The position numbers and the translations under genes are program-made. A stretch of DNA of 64,000 nucleotides from Octopus sinensis (taxonomy: Eukaryota): the NCBI RefSeq assembly GCF_006345805.1, contig NC_042998.1:77438001-77502000 (forward strand), in the 5' to 3' direction. Shown here in pieces: positions 1 through 13,948 of the stretch. The notes beneath the pieces are model-generated. The model was not told the DNA's origin, searched no databases, and worked only from the letters and a program-made list of their open reading frames with translations. Position 1 is the stretch's first letter. Each line of letters begins with the position of its first letter.

Positions 1-464
1 AAGAGTTATTAATTTGGTGGCAAATTATCACATCCGCTAACTGAAGCTTTTAACAAAAGATACTTTCTCTGCCACCTTACAAATTGGACATGACAGTTAA
101 CAGCACTGCATGCCGGGTTGGGATCTAACTGGATGGTGAATTAAGCGTATATCTTCGTCTTCCTCTCAGAAAATGCATGAATGTATCGTAGTCTACTATT
201 GAAGGAGAGTTTGGCTCATACATAAAATAATAGACACATTTTCCATACTTAAAATTATGTACACTTTTTCCATAACATTGATATGATTTTCTAACTTTTA
301 ACCATTTCTAAAGATTCGGAGTAAGTAAATTTTTGTGCGTATCTTTGTATGCCATTATTCAGTTTATTTCAAGGTTTCTTGCTAATAGAGAAAGAACCGG
401 TTTCTAACCTAGATCCAAGGCTCTTTCATTGGAATTTCTACATCAACAAAAGGGTATTTTTGTT

Positions 465-487
465 TGTATGTATGTATGCATGTATAC

Positions 488-520
<33 letters not shown>

Positions 521-600
521 TGTATGTATGTATGTATGTATGTATGTATGTATGTATGTATGTATACATCTATGTATGTGCAGATATGTATGTTTTATGT
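465..600. repeat. (TATG)n microsatellite
   Basis: Direct tandem tatg run; produces spurious YVCM/HTYI ORFs. Confidence 0.95.
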
Positions 601-639
601 ATGTACTCCATGCATATAGTTGCATATATAGACATGGTC

Positions 640-2330
640 ATATGTATTTAAATGATACACTTCTGGAAAGTTTTACAGATTTTTACAGTTCTAGTGATGG
701 ATTATATCTTTAGTCTTCGAACTAGGTTTCTCCTTTCTTGTTTTGAGAAGCCTAATTTCTCAAGATTAGTATAACGTGAACTTGTAATCTGGATAGAGTA
801 ACTGCAGATTTCTCAATAGTTCAGCATTGGTGTTCGCTCTTTTAGTAATCTTCAGCTTTATGTTAACATCCGCTGGGCATCTAATTTATCTTCTCTATCC
901 CAAATCATTATATCAGGACCGTTGTGCTTACAATTTATTGAGGTCTTCACTGGTACATTCCACCAGTATTATTTTTATTATGAGTGGCTATGGCTTCTAC
1001 CATATCTCTTTGTCCTCAGGATTATCCTTCCGACGGAACTCATTATAGAGTGTTCTAGCTACAACGCCATGTCTCATCGGTAGATAATACCGTGATAATA
1101 CCGGACAACTGCTTATGATGTGGGTTATATCTTCAGTGTGAACCCCACAAATTCTGCATCGGTTGTCACATTTTACGTTTTTACCTGCATCTCTTGGGTG
1201 ATATTTCCTGTTCCTGGATTGCAAACGCATACCCTTCAAAGTGATAGGTAGTAATCTGGCTATTGATCTATGATAAACTTCTTTGATGATCAATGTTACT
1301 ATCATCTTGAAGCTTTCTAATAACATATCCATTCATAGCCTTCTGCTCATATAGGCTCATCCTCTCATCTGATGATAGGTTGCGGTAGATTCGTGCGATT
1401 TCCTTGGGCATGTATTCTTGGTTATCAGACTAAGTGTTGCTCAAGGAGTTGCCTTTCAAGTCTTATGATGTTATCAGCCTCATGTAATGGAACTTGATCA
1501 AGGGATGCCTTTCGACACTTGCTTATTAAAAGATGTTGCCGAAAGGATATGATACGACATTCAAAGGCATTTTCGATGGATGTTAAGCCTCTCCCTCCTT
1601 ATTTTCATTTTAGGTAGAGGCGGTCTACATCAATGTTTATGAGGAAATTATACGTACTTATTATTTTGGGGGTTTTCACATCAATGACTCGGATCTCATC
1701 AAGCGTCCAATCAAGCAGCCTAAATGTTGGTATGAGTACTGGCACTGAAAACACATTGTGGGCCACTGTTTTATTGAATGCAGAAAGTTTTGAGGTCCAA
1801 ATTTTCTTTATTCGGTTGTAACATTCTTTAGTGACACGTGCTTTGTTACAGGTGCCATCATAAGCTATATTTTCATCCACCCCTAGATACCAATAACATT
1901 CCTCGTCAGTTACAGGGGAAAGAGCCAAATCATTAATGAAGTTATTACTAGTCTGGTTTATTGTTTTCTCCCTTTTCACAGCCATATAACAACATTTATT
2001 CTGACCAAATTCCAATCCTACATCCTTTGAGAATGTTGTAACTAGATCAAGGGTCTCTTTATCCAGAAAGAAACAGTGTGTAATTTTGGTATTTCTGTTT
2101 CCTTGTGAACCAATGAGATATACTTCAGACCTCTTTAACATGAATGATAAGGGGTTTACAGAAAGTATAAACAATATCACAAAGAGGCTGTCTCCTTCGA
2201 ATACGCCTTTGCAGTACTGTATCGGTGATAATACACTCACTTTGTGTTTAATTTCAAGATGGTGGCCCACGATGAGGTCAGGTCAGCTATGGCTTTGACT
2301 ATTCTCACTGGAGCTTTAGCAATTTAAAGG
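640..2330 (-). mobile_element. Decayed, 5'-truncated R4/Dong-like non-LTR retrotransposon (RT, CCHC knuckle, RLE region)
   Basis: Minus-strand translations give KGVFEGDSLFVILFILSVNPLS (RT QGDSLSP motif), FSKDVGLEFGQNKC, YWYLGV, CRICGVHTEDITHIISSCPVL and a C-terminal LLRNLQLLYPDYKF. Frameshifts are present, and a deletion removes the second catalytic Asp and the following segment (THCFFLD-KETLDLV). Confidence 0.85.
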
Positions 2331-2825
2331 GCTTCTAGCATCCATGAGGGGAACAGAGTCAAAGGTTTTGTATGTATATATATGTATATATATGTATATA
2401 TGTATGTAGGCATGTATGTAGTATTTATGTATGTATGTGTGCATGTGTGATTGTGGTATAGGTGTTAGTGTGCGTATGTGTGTGTGTTTATGTGTGTGTG
2501 CATGCGTGCGTGTGTGTGTGTGTGAATGTGGTGTGTAGTAGTGGTGGGTATGTGATGCCTTAGGTTCACCGTAAATATGATATCAAGCAATTTATTTTCT
2601 TTGCTAAAATTATTTTTTCTTTTAGTAAAATATACAACCCAAAATGTTCGCTCATTTTCTACTTCATTTCGCGTATTTATTTTCATTGCACTCACTACTT
2701 GGTTGTTAGATTTTATTTTAATTACATACTCTTTTTCTACCACAAGTTTTCCTCCTGTAGGTTTTATGCTTTTTAGTGGTATCCTTGGTCCTTGGGCATA
2801 TGTTTTTCTATCTCATTGGATACAC

Positions 2826-2911
<86 letters not shown>

Positions 2912-2920
<9 letters not shown>

Positions 2921-3099
2921 TAAATTAGAGACAAAACCACTATTATGCAAATCAAACAAAGAAAGACTTAAGCCAATACATAAAATAATTTATATAAATT
3001 TAAATTTCTAAATTTATATAAATTATTTTATGTATTGGCTTAAGTCTTTCTTTGTTTGATTTGCATAATAGTGGTTTTGTCTCTAATTTAATATAATAT
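2912..3099. repeat. Perfect fold-back inverted repeat, 91-bp arms, 6-nt loop
   Basis: 2912-3002 is the reverse complement of 3009-3099; related sequence occurs at 49080-49170 and 62260-62640. Confidence 0.95.
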
Positions 3100-3169
3100 T
3101 TTACTATAACATTGGATTCAATCCTAAATCTGATTTTTCCCTGTAAATTTGGATTTATTCCCTAATATT

Positions 3170-3222
<53 letters not shown>

Positions 3223-3271
3223 TCTGCATATAACTATAAAAATATACAGAGATATATACATACATACATGC

Positions 3272-3319
<48 letters not shown>

Positions 3320-5594
3320 TATTACCGCTCATGTGCAATATTTTCTGACTCTCTTCTCTCATTTCTTATTTCTTTTCCTGTATTCTTTTCTTCACTTTTT
3401 CGTCTCTCCCAGTGCGCGACGAAGGAATGTATCCGAAACGTCATAGTTGAATTATATAACTATACTCTATAACATTTTGCCTTCTATGAAGCTTGACTGT
3501 ACTTCTAATTCTTTGCATGAAAAGTAAAATCCATTGAATGATATCCCATAAAATTTTGTGAATGTATTTTCATTCACAGAGAATGACAGAGTTTGTTTGT
3601 TTTACAGTCAGGTGGTTATGAGACACGCAATGACGTGTTTTGTAACTCTTCCTCTTTTAAGGACCTTTATTAATTAATTAATTTATTAATTATTTTATCG
3701 ACACCCTTTATTAATTAAGAAGCAGAGCTAGTACCTATGAAATTGGCAATGGCTTTTGTTTTCTGTGCCTAGAAGAATTATACCAAATCTTAAAATCCAA
3801 ACGTAGACTCCTTAATAAAAGGAGGGAGGGTGGGAAATCCTTGTAAATATGAGGGACGGTTGGAAATCGCTTATAAAATTGTTTCCAAAAATTACCATTT
3901 AATACAATATAGAAGTTACCAGTACTATAAACTTAGGTGGTATCACAGGATTAATACACTAACACTTATAAAGATTCGGTAATTCTTAGTAGATATATTA
4001 ATATTAAAAAATGTATATGTATATAATATATGGTAAATACGAGCATAAGGTTTTTGTTTATAAGTAACTGTATTATATAAAGGTTAAAATATTTAAATTT
4101 TAGTACGTATCTTAGGGATCTGTGGTTAATATACTAAAAAAGATAATTGGTAATCTTAAGTTAAAGATAATACGTATTAATTCAATAATGGTTTGAATTT
4201 TTATTAATCTCAATAATCTTGACTTGTTAAACTTGGGGATTTTCTCACTAAAGCCCGTGTATTATGTAAACAAATATATTGCGCCCAAATATTGACGACG
4301 TAATATTCAGCTATGGTAATAAGTAAGCAGCTTTAATTCGTCATCGTCCAGTAGCTCTCGATGCATAAACATACACACGCACAAATACGTAATGAAAATA
4401 TTACAAATACACAACTATGGTTTTTAAAATCAACAAATTATGATTTATTATGCAAATATAATTTCTAAACTGCGGCTGGGTAACTTATAATTAAATTTCT
4501 TAAGTGATTAAATACTTTAATGGTATTTTGATCTATCATAAGTAATATTGTAATTAAGCAATAATGTTTTTTTAGCTTCTAGTTTAAAGTAATCGTATCT
4601 AAATATCGTTTAAGCTAACTAACGAATATTTTGTTTTTTCAACACAACACACGCACAAATTCATTACACAAGCTTGCATTTAAATATGTATGTGTGTGTG
4701 TGTAAGTAACGGTTTTGTAAATAAATTGGTTACTGAAAGTCACATATCTGAGTCTATCAATGGTTAAATAACACATTGGAATGTAGCTCCTTTCTATCAA
4801 ATTCTTCCTCTGATGAAATACCCAATAAACGATATGGAAATTTGATTTAATGTAATTTCTCAAATTGATTCAATTGGGAATGGAAACAATTGTAAGTAAA
4901 ATTGACTTTGATATTCCTCAGAATTGTATTATGTTCTAATATATTAATGTCTATATATCAGTTTCTTCGTTTTTCTTATACATAAAATACACGCACACAC
5001 ACACACACACAAACACATATACACACACATAGATGAATGCATAACTTCACACGCCCTCACAAACACACATCTCAACACGTATGCATAAACCCTGCATAAT
5101 TTACTTTTATATTTACATGTGCGTGTGAAAGTGTATAACACACATATACATATGCACACAAACAGACACGCACATATATACATTTATATGTCTATCTAGA
5201 TATATACATAAAGTTATCGACCGCGCGCACTTAGTGCATGTGATTCGTTTGTTTCGCTAGTTCGTTTGGTGGAGTACTTTTCTGAAAGAAGTAGACCAGC
5301 GAGACAATTCGCCTCCAGTCGAATTTAGTTGTGATGGATACCGATATTTCGCTATTTTTGTGGCTTATAAACATCTCATACATGAAACTAACCACTAGTC
5401 TATAACTATTTATAAATAGTGTAAGAACAATGTTGCAAACATTCTCGACCACACACTCAATTTATGTGTTTTATTTGTTCAGAAACTCGCGGCATTATAA
5501 CGCTTGTCTATGACTTTCAAGTGCTATAAAGGAGACGTCTCTGAAGCACTAAACCACGGCGAATCGGCGAACGAAACAAGCACATACATTGAGT

Positions 5595-5666
<72 letters not shown>

Positions 5667-7133
5667 TATTTTTTATTTTATTTATTTATTTTTTTGTTCT
5701 TTTCTTCCCTTTTACGATCCCTCTTGATCGAAAACCTACGCCACCCCTTGTTTTTGTTTCTTTTGTTCTTTGTTTTTTTCATCCCCCAAAAGAAAAGCTC
5801 TACCTTGTAACTTGTCCCATCTGTGTGCAGCCCTGTGTGGCCAATAAAGAAACTTATCTATCTATCTATCGATCTATCTATCTGTGGGTGTGAGCTTGTC
5901 CGCGCGCGCACGTGTTTGATGAGCAATATTTGATATTTAGTCGTCGTGAAAACAAAAGAAATGAACTGGACGTATCATTGTCTTTAGTCACTTGCTGAGT
6001 TAGGACGAAATAGAGCTAGTAAAGATCTATGACCTTTGGTCGATAAGATTTCTCTTTTTCTTATTATTTTCATCGTACTAACGTCCTTCGTCGTACTTCT
6101 CTAATTCTACCTTAATATGTATGAAACAAGCATGAAAAGTACCGCTTGAAGTCAGATGGATTCGAATCGTGTTTGAATCTATGGACAGGTTTTGATTTAC
6201 GTGTTCTACCGTTGTAGCCAATTCCATTCAATTTAGATTTCCTACAGTAATATTTTAATAAAAGTTTAGAACAACTCTAAACTTTAAGATGCATATTTGA
6301 TTCGATTATTTAGGCTTACAAATATAAGTTATAGTGAGCCTGTTATATTCGATTTCTAAACAAATCTTATATGATTTCGTGTTCCACAATTGATTACTTC
6401 ATAATCCATATATATCATATCAATAGAATTTGTATTATATCGCTATTTCACTATTGCAATGTGCATCAAATCAGTTCCATAAACCTATAAATATTTTACA
6501 GTGGGTTACCTTTGGTATATGACTCCATTACAATATTTTGATTTCAGATACCGTATGGGCTACCACTATGATATTGCTTTACGCATTACAATGTGTCTAT
6601 CTAATTAATACAATTAATTAATTTTGGAACTAATGAAACCGATTATTAAATGAAATAATTATATATAGCACACACTGTCTGCCGTTTCAATTTACCATAG
6701 GCTGATAGCACAATTCTGTCGTATATAACATGACATTGCAGTAGATTATAAAGCAAATAGTTAAATCAATTTCAAGTGTTATTAATTTGCCTTCCGTTTC
6801 ATAGGAGCTTTCATTCCTATGCCATATCAGTCACAGGCAAAATTCATGAACTACAGATAAATTCTTTGCAATTTCCCGAACCAATTTTCTCTCATAAATT
6901 AAATTAAATCATAAACTCAATCAGTACCTAATCAAGGCCGGACGTAGACAGCAATGAGTGCTTCAGTCAACAGATATTTCGTGACACCGTTATTGTTGGC
7001 TGTTAGGTGGTCCGCATACCTTTCTCTTTCGAATACTTTCGTGTGGAATAGTCCGTAATCATAAGACTATTACAAAGACACGACTGATTTACGTAATAAC
7101 AATAACAGAAATATCGTTTTACTTTACTTATTT

Positions 7134-7707
7134 CTTTATTGCCCACAAGGGGCTAAGCATAGGACAGACAAACGGATTAAGTCGACTACATTCACCCCAG
7201 TGCATAACTAGTACTTAATTTACCGACCCCGAAAGGATGAAAGGCAAAGCCTACCTCGGCGGCATTTGAACTCAGGACGTAACTGCAAACGAAATACCTC
7301 TTTCTTTACTACCCACAAGAGGCTAAACACAGAGAGGACAAACAAGGACAGACAAACGGATTAAGTGGATTATATCGACTCCGGTGTGTAACTGGTACTT
7401 ATTTAATCGACCCCGAAAGGATGAAAGGCAAAGTCAACCTCGGCAGAATTTGAACTCAGAACGTAGCGACAGACGAAATACCTCTTTCTTTACTGCCCAC
7501 AAGGGAGTAAACACAGAGGGGACAAACAAGGACAGACAAACGGATTAAGTCGATTATATCGACCCCAGTGCGTAACTGGTACTTAATTTATCGACCACGA
7601 AAGGATGAAAGGCAAAGTCGACATCGGCAGAATTTGAACTCAGAACGTAGTGACAGACGAAATACCGCTAAGCATTTCGCCCGGATGCTAACGTTTCTGC
7701 CAGCTCT
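7134..7707 (-). mobile_element. Head-to-tail trimer of a tRNA-like SINE (family B), ~184-bp period
   Basis: Three copies of the gacagacaaacggattaagt...gaaaggatgaaaggcaaagt...gaatttgaactcag unit; only the rightmost copy carries the gagctggcagaaacgttagc head. Confidence 0.85.
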
Positions 7708-9816
7708 ACTTTGCTAATGTAGTACTTTGTAAAATATTAAAGCGTTATACCAAACAATTTATTTTGTTGCGCTTCATAGAATAATGACCGTGAGACGGTT
7801 TGTTGTCTAGGGAAAGGGAATCCCATTTCATACATGTGAATATTTTCATTAAGAGAGGTATGTCTCTTTCATCTTAGCCATTCTCAATCTCAATTTCAAT
7901 CTTCATTTCAGAGACAGGTATTGCATCACATGATTTAATAAATATTCATGTTATCACCTGTTATTTGATTGTCTAACTCTTGTATGGCAATGATCTAGTA
8001 GGTCGAATTTGCAATTATATCTGTAGAGTAAAACCACAAAGTAATATATATTTTCTGCGGAGGCTGATACAAATATTCCTCATATATTCATCCAAATAAT
8101 TTCATAGACAGTTTAGCTATATATGTCATAGTGAAAACAATAATAAATTAAATCGATGACAGACTCTCTTCTCATGTGCGTGCGCCCACACAAATATATA
8201 CAGACACATACACATAGGCGCATACACTCATAACGCAACAAAATAAATTTTCACTGTCGTGAAAGTTATATGTAAACATATAAATAATATAGTAAGAATT
8301 TCCATCGTATGTCTCGGCAGAGGTTAAACACTATAAGTTCTCAGTTCAAATTCCATCGAGATCAACGTAGCTTTTTATATTTCCTGCGCCCATAACGTAA
8401 AGTATCAGTCAAAGGATGACATCGATTTAAATACGCTCACCTCTCTGGAAAGTGTAGGACATGTTGACAATGGTATAAATAATTCATCGCAGTGAATTAC
8501 GAATTAAATCCCACCTATTGAAATTAGAGTTAAAAGTTTTAAAAAAATCTTACTATGAAAAAGCTGAGTTATGTGTATATGTAATTTGTTATTAGTTACG
8601 AGAATTAGTTACGTGTATATGTAATTTGTCAATATTGTGTTTTTCGTATGTTTTTATTGTATAATTAAATTTTACACTTCAGGTAAATAATGCTACTATA
8701 TTTATCTGACATAATTCTTGCTTATAACTACTTGTCTTTGTAGGTGTTAAGTGCTTGTTTGTATCCAAGGGTCAATGTGGGACTTTACCTATACTCCAAA
8801 CATTGCTCGTATTCATACAGCAAATATTGCTGACATTATAATCACAATGAGAAAGGCCTCTAAAAATTTCTACACATAACTCCCAGGAGAGTGAGCAAAC
8901 GCATAGTATTTTCTACCTTTGCTATATTATCTGTAACAAATATTCGTGGAAATTATGTACAATTGAGTGTTCCGTTTGCGAACTGTCAGTTATTGAATGG
9001 TAGAAGATCAGCGAATAAAAAATCCGCTACATTCAGTTCTGGAGAGAAAGAAATTAAGAAACTTTAATGTTTGGAGACAAGGAAAATACTTTACACTTGT
9101 TGATATAATAAACTCAGCACTTCATCATAATTGAGTAGCGCTCGTTAATTCTAACACTAAAAGCATTAAAGATTTGCCTTGAAAAATAATGGTTTTTTTT
9201 TTTACCATCACACGTCGTCAAATAGGTTGCCTTCAGAAGAACTAATGCTGCTATAAGTGTGTAGTAACACACATTCATTAAGTATGTGATATTGATAATG
9301 TTTATATTATTAAGCTGCTTCCGATAAAATTTGAATTTTTAGATTTCCTTGGGCAGCGCTTTTTCACATCTGCAGATACATTTTACCCTAGCTGCATTTA
9401 TTTCTGCTCGGCAATTCGAATTTGCTTCGGAGGAGTGGCGAGTATATGGCACTAGGAAGCAGAGAATACTGTGAAATATTGACATGACATTCTCGTTCAC
9501 TTCGAGGAAATTTCGTTTCACTTAGCTTTGATGAATAATATGTTTTTTCGTAAACAATATACGTCTTTAAGGGTTCTACCTTGCACGAAATGCTACAACT
9601 ACAAGTGCTTAACAATACACAGCGGTGGTGCACCAGCATGGCCGCGGCCTTCGGGCTAAAACATTTTTAAGGATTTAAGGATTTATACATTAATTTGGTG
9701 ATATTGGTAATACTTATATTACCTTTTTATTTCGATAAGGAGCTACACAGAAAAGAAAAACGAAGCTGAATTTGCACGATTATTCTATTGTTTTGGGGGA
9801 TTTTTTTTACATATTA

Positions 9817-9966
9817 AACAAAAGACGAAGATGGGTGTGTAAACAACAAACATGTATTAGTTTAACGCTCGGGAAGTGAGAAAGTATTTTACGTTTCGAG
9901 CCTACGCTCTTCGACAGAAAGGAACACAGAAGAGAACAAGGAGAGAAAATAATAAGGGGGTGGTAA

Positions 9967-9997
<31 letters not shown>

Positions 9998-10029
9998 CAA
10001 GTTAAGTTTTAGGTGAGCACGAGATTTTG
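9817..10029 (-). repeat. LTR-like unit, left arm of an inverted pair (partner 11967-12178)
   Basis: Near-identical reverse complement of 11967-12178, including the (TA)n run and the sequence beyond it; a diverged third copy is at 49785-49930. Confidence 0.9.
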
Positions 10030-10416
10030 GTTTCTAAGATTTTATTGAAATCAACAATAATATTAATTATGTTGCCAAAATAAAACAAAATCGGTCTATA
10101 CTTTTCAGAAATTGTCTTGAAATTATCTGAAGTAGTGATACAGTATTGTCTAATAATACTCGAGATTTGGTATAATATTGTCAGGTATTATGCAAAACCT
10201 TTTGACTAGAACAGAGTGATTGACTGCATGTACGTGCAATTACCTGAAAGCTTCTAAAGGTATTGAATTTCCGAAGTGTTGTAATAGATTTAACCCTTGG
10301 TTGAAATTATTAATGTGTTATATTGGAGAAATTTTGAATGTGCGGTCTGGTATCAGCGTCCAAGTTTGCGGGTGTGTAACAGCTTTGGTTACTGTTATTA
10401 CAACAACCAAATCAAT

Positions 10417-10620
10417 GAGCTGGCAGAATCATTAGAACATCGGATAAAATGCCTTGCACTATTTAATCTAGCATTTTATGCTGTAATTTCAAATCCCACA
10501 GAGTCCCACTTTGCTTTTGATTCTTCTACGGTTGATAAATTGAGGATGTAGTCAAGTACTGTGGTCAGTTAACTCCCCTCCTCTGAGAAATTGCTAGACT
10601 TATGTTTAAATAAGAAGCCA
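10417..10620 (+). mobile_element. Old SINE family B copy
   Basis: Starts gagctggcagaatcattag and follows the family B layout with heavy divergence. Confidence 0.55.
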
Positions 10621-11299
10621 TTATGCTTGTTCGTAGCAAAATTTAATAAGTCAACCAACTGAAACGTCTGAAACGTTCTAGTTTCTTCCACGGATATCTT
10701 ATATTTGTCTTTTTAATGTATTTTGATCAATGTATTTTCCTGACGGCAGTGAATTAGAGCAAGCGTTGAATATTAGTGTAAGATAATCCGAGTATAAATG
10801 AAACAAGTTCATATTCCATCAAGAGTCATTAATTTATCTATAAGTGAATATTTATCTGGGGACACTTAGCAATTCTAAATTTATGTTCTTTGGCCCAGAT
10901 ACTCAGCACCAACCGTCTACACAGTGAAAAGTTTGGCGTAATACTAAATGCAGTCCGGTTGGTAGACAGATGGGAGCCTCGGGTGACATGCCATGTTACT
11001 GGTGTTCAGGTTGTGTCTTCATTTTACCATGTCTGCAGACTTGTCAAAAGAACGAAGTGTTGGGAAAACTATCTTCATAATCAGTAACCGAACCTTCTCA
11101 CTATCAAAGAATCTATGCAGATACATCAGTCTCAGTGTATGACTGTGTAAGGTCACTCACAGAATACTAAACCCTGCACTCTCAAAGTGAAATGGCAAAA
11201 TTTAACTAGAAGAATGTATCCCTTCACAAAGATACCAAACGTTTCAGATGGTCAAATATATGCTGACGCAAAACACAACAGTCACGTTTTAATAAAATA

Positions 11300-11800
11300 A
11301 TGGATGTGATGTATGCGTAATTCACATTCTGTTTGTTAATATATCATGTGCGTAACTTCATCAGAGTTCTTCATGTTGAGTTCTGGGAAGAACCATACTA
11401 CAATTATCTCGATGATAGTAATATTGCTCCAGCCATCCATGAACATGACTGGTTTGGACATTCCTCTCTACGTGACAAGTCATGGGCTCACGATTTTGTT
11501 CTTGTTAATAAGTACTCCAGTTGCCACTTCGTATATCAGTAGATATCCGCAATACCAACAAAGCCGCTTCCGTGTTTCATTTTGACGTGAGTGCCGTCAT
11601 CAGCTATAGCATTCGCAACAACTACTCGAAATCCAAATACATATGGCTGATAAATGATGGTGTCCTCTTTGAAATGAAGGCTCCTCAAGATAGACATTAA
11701 GGTTGACCACCGTAAAGATGTTGTATATTGAGCAACTGACCCATTACAACATGCCTAAGTCAGCTACACTAAGCAACGTACTTTCTATAGTAATGCTTCC
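11300..11800 (-). pseudogene. Possible highly degraded RTE-like reverse transcriptase fragment
   Basis: Across shifted minus frames: GML*WVSCSIYNIF, VVANAIADDG and GVLINKNKI, in the order expected for the RT QG..SP.LFNIF, ADD and GM.IN..KTK motifs. The match is weak. Confidence 0.3.
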
Positions 11801-11966
11801 AGCTGTTTATCATTTGTATCGTACAGTTTTAGGTGTGCACTTCTGTGTTCTTCACCCACTCTGCTTGACAACATGTGCTCATATGTTTACGCCCGCGTAA
11901 CTTAGTGGTCCGGCTAATGAGACGTAAAAAATATATATATATAAAAAAAAAGGATTGAGGTTGATT

Positions 11967-12178
11967 CAAAATCTCGTGGTCACCTAAAACCTAACTTGTA
12001 TATATATATATATATATATATAAATTTACCACCCCCTTATTATTTTCTTTCCTTGTTCTCTTCTGTGTTCCTTTCTGTCGAAGAGCGTAGGCTCGAAACG
12101 TAAAAGACTTTCTCACTTCCCGAGCGTTAAACTAATACATCTGTTTGTTGTTTACACACCCATCTTCGTCTTTTGTTT
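11967..12178 (+). repeat. LTR-like unit, right arm of an inverted pair
   Basis: Reverse complement of 9817-10029. Confidence 0.9.
12071..12106 (+). ncRNA. Hammerhead-like motif with variant core (CUGUCGA-A)
   Basis: cttt CTGTCGA A GAGC gtag GCTC GAAA CG TA aaag: stem I cttt/aaag, stem II GAGC/GCTC, GAAA, GUA site. Copies on the minus strand at 9886-9921 and 49865-49902. Confidence 0.5.
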
Positions 12179-12211
12179 TATTTTTTTTGTAAATTCTCAG
12201 TATATATATAT

Positions 12212-12263
<52 letters not shown>

Positions 12264-12853
12264 CGTGAGAGGGTGTATGTATAGATGTGTGTATGCGTGT
12301 GTCTGTGTATATATGTTCATCTCTGTGTGTGTGCGTATATATATATTTATATGTCTCTAAACATACATGTGTGTATGTTTGCGCGAGCACGTCTATTTAT
12401 TTGTGCGAGTGCATGCTGACAGATACATCTGTACAACAATAGCTCTTTCGTATACATTCTCCCCTTTGGAATTTTTATGCATATTGAAAGAGAGAGAGTT
12501 GAGATTGAGTGACACTATTGATGTGATGAAGCTTAGCTCTTCTTAACAAGTAAAATCAATCCGTTTGCCTCTACGAATCGAGGACCAAATTAATCCGAGG
12601 CACAGTGATGCTATTTTGATCCCCAATAAGCAGAACTAATATTTATTGCGTGTCTTTCAGTCTTTATTGTTCGCTAGATATATTATATGCATGTTACTGC
12701 ATGCATTACATTCATAAATATATTGCTTGCAACATCATGCCATTGTCACTAAGAAGAAAGGAGATGGAAAAAAAAGGAAGCCAAACAATCCATGTTAAAA
12801 TAAAGCCAATGATACTCAGCAACACCTTAGCTATTTGCAACAGTATACGCACC

Positions 12854-12953
<100 letters not shown>

Positions 12954-12988
12954 CGTGCGCGCACGTGTACGTATATGTACATATGCAT

Positions 12989-13019
<31 letters not shown>

Positions 13020-13063
13020 CACACATATTTATATACTTATATATATGTGTGTGTATGTATATA

Positions 13064-13095
<32 letters not shown>

Positions 13096-13096
13096 C

Positions 13097-13133
<37 letters not shown>

Positions 13134-13948
13134 TGTGCTAATAAAAATATAACATCCAGTCCTCGATTTAAGATGAATGGTTAATGCAATGATGAGTTTA
13201 ATGCAATCAGATTGCTTCTTATCCTGTGCAACAGGGACAGAAGCTGCATTCTAGCAAATGGTAAACGTCAACACAAAATAGGAAGTGTCCTTCAAAATAA
13301 AAGAAAAATCTTAGATCAAAGAGCAACTACTTTGATGTATCACATAAATGCAACACACTCATATTACATCAAACACAAACTATCAATATGTGAGAAACGT
13401 ACGAGATACAGGAGAGAAATGATGAAAGTGTAACACAAAAAAAAATCCAATGCGAAACAGGTTACTGAAAATTTATAATATAAAATAAAACGATCCAATA
13501 CAGAGAAAAAAAGAATACACACTGAATATAAAGCAACTCAATGGAACTTCAATGAAAATAAGATGCATTCATAAACGCATGAAAACCATGCAACAATGTA
13601 TCCAGTATATAAGTAAGCATAACAGAACGAAAATAAACTATCAGTAACGATTATAAATGTTACAATCAGCACTGATAATTATAACATTAAATAATACCTA
13701 CACGGATGGAAAAAAATCATTCGCGACTATCTTGATGGAAATATGCTCCAGTAACACATAAATATGACTTGCTTGGACGTGTCTTTCTAGGTGACGAGCA
13801 CAAGCTCATGAGATTGTTTATAAGCATCTAGTTAATAGGTATTCCTGGTACTACTTCGTATTATATCGGTTTCAAATTTTGGCACAAGGCCAGTAAGATC
13901 AGGGGTGGGGGTTAAGTCAATACAAATGAGCCCATTATTCAGCTGGTA

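Noticed and set aside
349-713. ORFs with YVCM/IYIY/HTHT/LSIY repeats here and throughout the window
   Set aside because: Translations of (TATG)n, (TA)n, (CA)n and (TATC)n microsatellites, which lack stops in some frames; not genes.
3424-3452. GCGACGA-A-GGA..TCC-GAAA-CG-TC hammerhead remnant
   Set aside because: The core 5' bases are mutated and stem I is absent; at most a dead relic, so it is not called as an ncRNA.
4810-4850. CTGATGA...GAAA spacing
   Set aside because: No stem I or stem III complement.
7134-7707. CRISPR-like repeat array
   Set aside because: The units are whole ~184-bp SINE bodies without unique spacers, in eukaryotic DNA.
8441-9038. Minus-strand exons with good splice sites (8441-8514; acceptor at 9038)
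   Set aside because: All three frames hit stops from the acceptors, and no consistent gene model could be assembled; a UTR or lncRNA cannot be supported without RNA data.
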